A DNA stretch of 63,882 nucleotides, counting the filler. It is 16 parts of 16 records of this genome, joined end to end, with 100 filler letters (N's around TTAATTAATTAA, not from the genome) between each part and the next. Parts side by side here need not be neighbours in the genome. Positions count along the whole stretch, not along the records: positions 60,190 to 63,882 come from SRR11831580_4693; 15 more parts are not named here. One strand, 5' to 3'. Each line of letters opens with the position of its first letter. The first letter of the stretch is position 1. The notes under the pieces were generated by a model that was not told where the DNA came from, searched no databases, and saw only the letters and a program-made list of their open reading frames with translations. Below are positions 63,184 through 63,882 of this stretch, piece by piece. The position numbers and the translations under genes were made by a program.

Positions 63184-63882
63184 TTAATCGACTTCACGAA
63201 TATCGACACGCAGCTCTTTCGGCACTTCGAAAACAATGTTTTCTTCACGGCCTTCCAGCGGAATGGCTTCACCACCGCCCAGCTGCTGCAAACGTGCCAC
63301 CACATTCTGCACCAGAATATCCGGAGCCGATGCGCCCGCAGTCACGCCGACGCATTTAACCTCTTTCACCCACTCTTCCTGGATGTCTTTCGCATCGTCA
63401 ATCAAAAACGCGCGTTTGCCCATACGCTGGGCCAGCTCCGCCAGACGGTTGGAGTTGGAGGAGTTTTTCGAACCGACCACCAACACAACTTCCGCCTGTT
63501 CTGCCAGGGCGCGTACCGCTTCCTGACGGTTAGTCGTGGCGTAGCAGATGTCATCTTTGCGCGGACCGACAATTTTCGGGAAGCGTTTACGCAGCGCGTC
63601 GATCACATCAGACGTGTCATCCACCGACAGCGTGGTCTGGGTCATAAAGGAGAGCTTCTCTTCGTTTTTGACCGTCAGTTTCCACACATCGTCCGGCGAT
63701 TCGACCAGATACATTCCCCCTTCCGGGTTACTGTACTGGCCCATTGTCCCTTCCACTTCCGGGTGCCCGGCGTGACCGATGAGAATAGATTCTTCGCCAC
63801 GGCGACTGGCGCGGGCGACTTCCATATGCACTTTGGTCACCAGCGGACAGGTGGCATCAAACACCGTCAAATCGCGACTTTT
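63184..63882 (-). CDS. ispH: HMBPP reductase IspH, 3' part
   Basis: DATCPLV, ICYAT and SSNS motifs. Confidence 0.97.

Overview
This window is not a contiguous locus. It is a pseudomolecule of 16 short, unordered contigs joined by 15 artificial 100-nt spacers (N44-TTAATTAATTAA-N44, stops in all six frames). Fifteen contigs are Escherichia coli core-genome DNA that I recognise as K-12-like: ynfLM; basS-pmrR-proP-yjcZ-crfC; maf-mreDCB-csrD-acuI-accBC-yhdT-panF-prmA; arpA-iclR-metH; envC-yibQ-waaH; lfhA-lafU-dinB; ybhRSF; rpnA-feoCBA-yhgF; dppA; tufB-secE-nusG-rplKA; pldA-recQ-rhtC; guaAB-xseA-yfgJ-der; thrAB; dcuSR-dcuB-fumB; carA-dapB-rihC-ispH. Four things stand out. (1) A 2,260-bp contig (32515-34774) is not E. 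coli and looks eukaryotic. It is bounded by inverted (GT)n/(CA)n microsatellites, and removing a 74-nt GT-AG intron joins two ORFs into a 230-aa Cys/His-rich protein I do not recognise. (2) A partial loxP interrupts guaA at a contig end and matches the 454 Titanium paired-end linker, so it is most likely a library artefact. (3) Eight single-base homopolymer deletions and one extra base frameshift seven genes, as expected of pyrosequencing. (4) A decayed msrQ (yedZ) pseudogene, missed by the ORF track, lies between acuI and accB. Three missense transitions relative to the MG1655 proteins as I recall them suggest a mutagenised lab derivative. I found no support for a new bacterial system. The only unexplained biology is the foreign spliced gene. 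All reference comparisons are from memory, not from a search.
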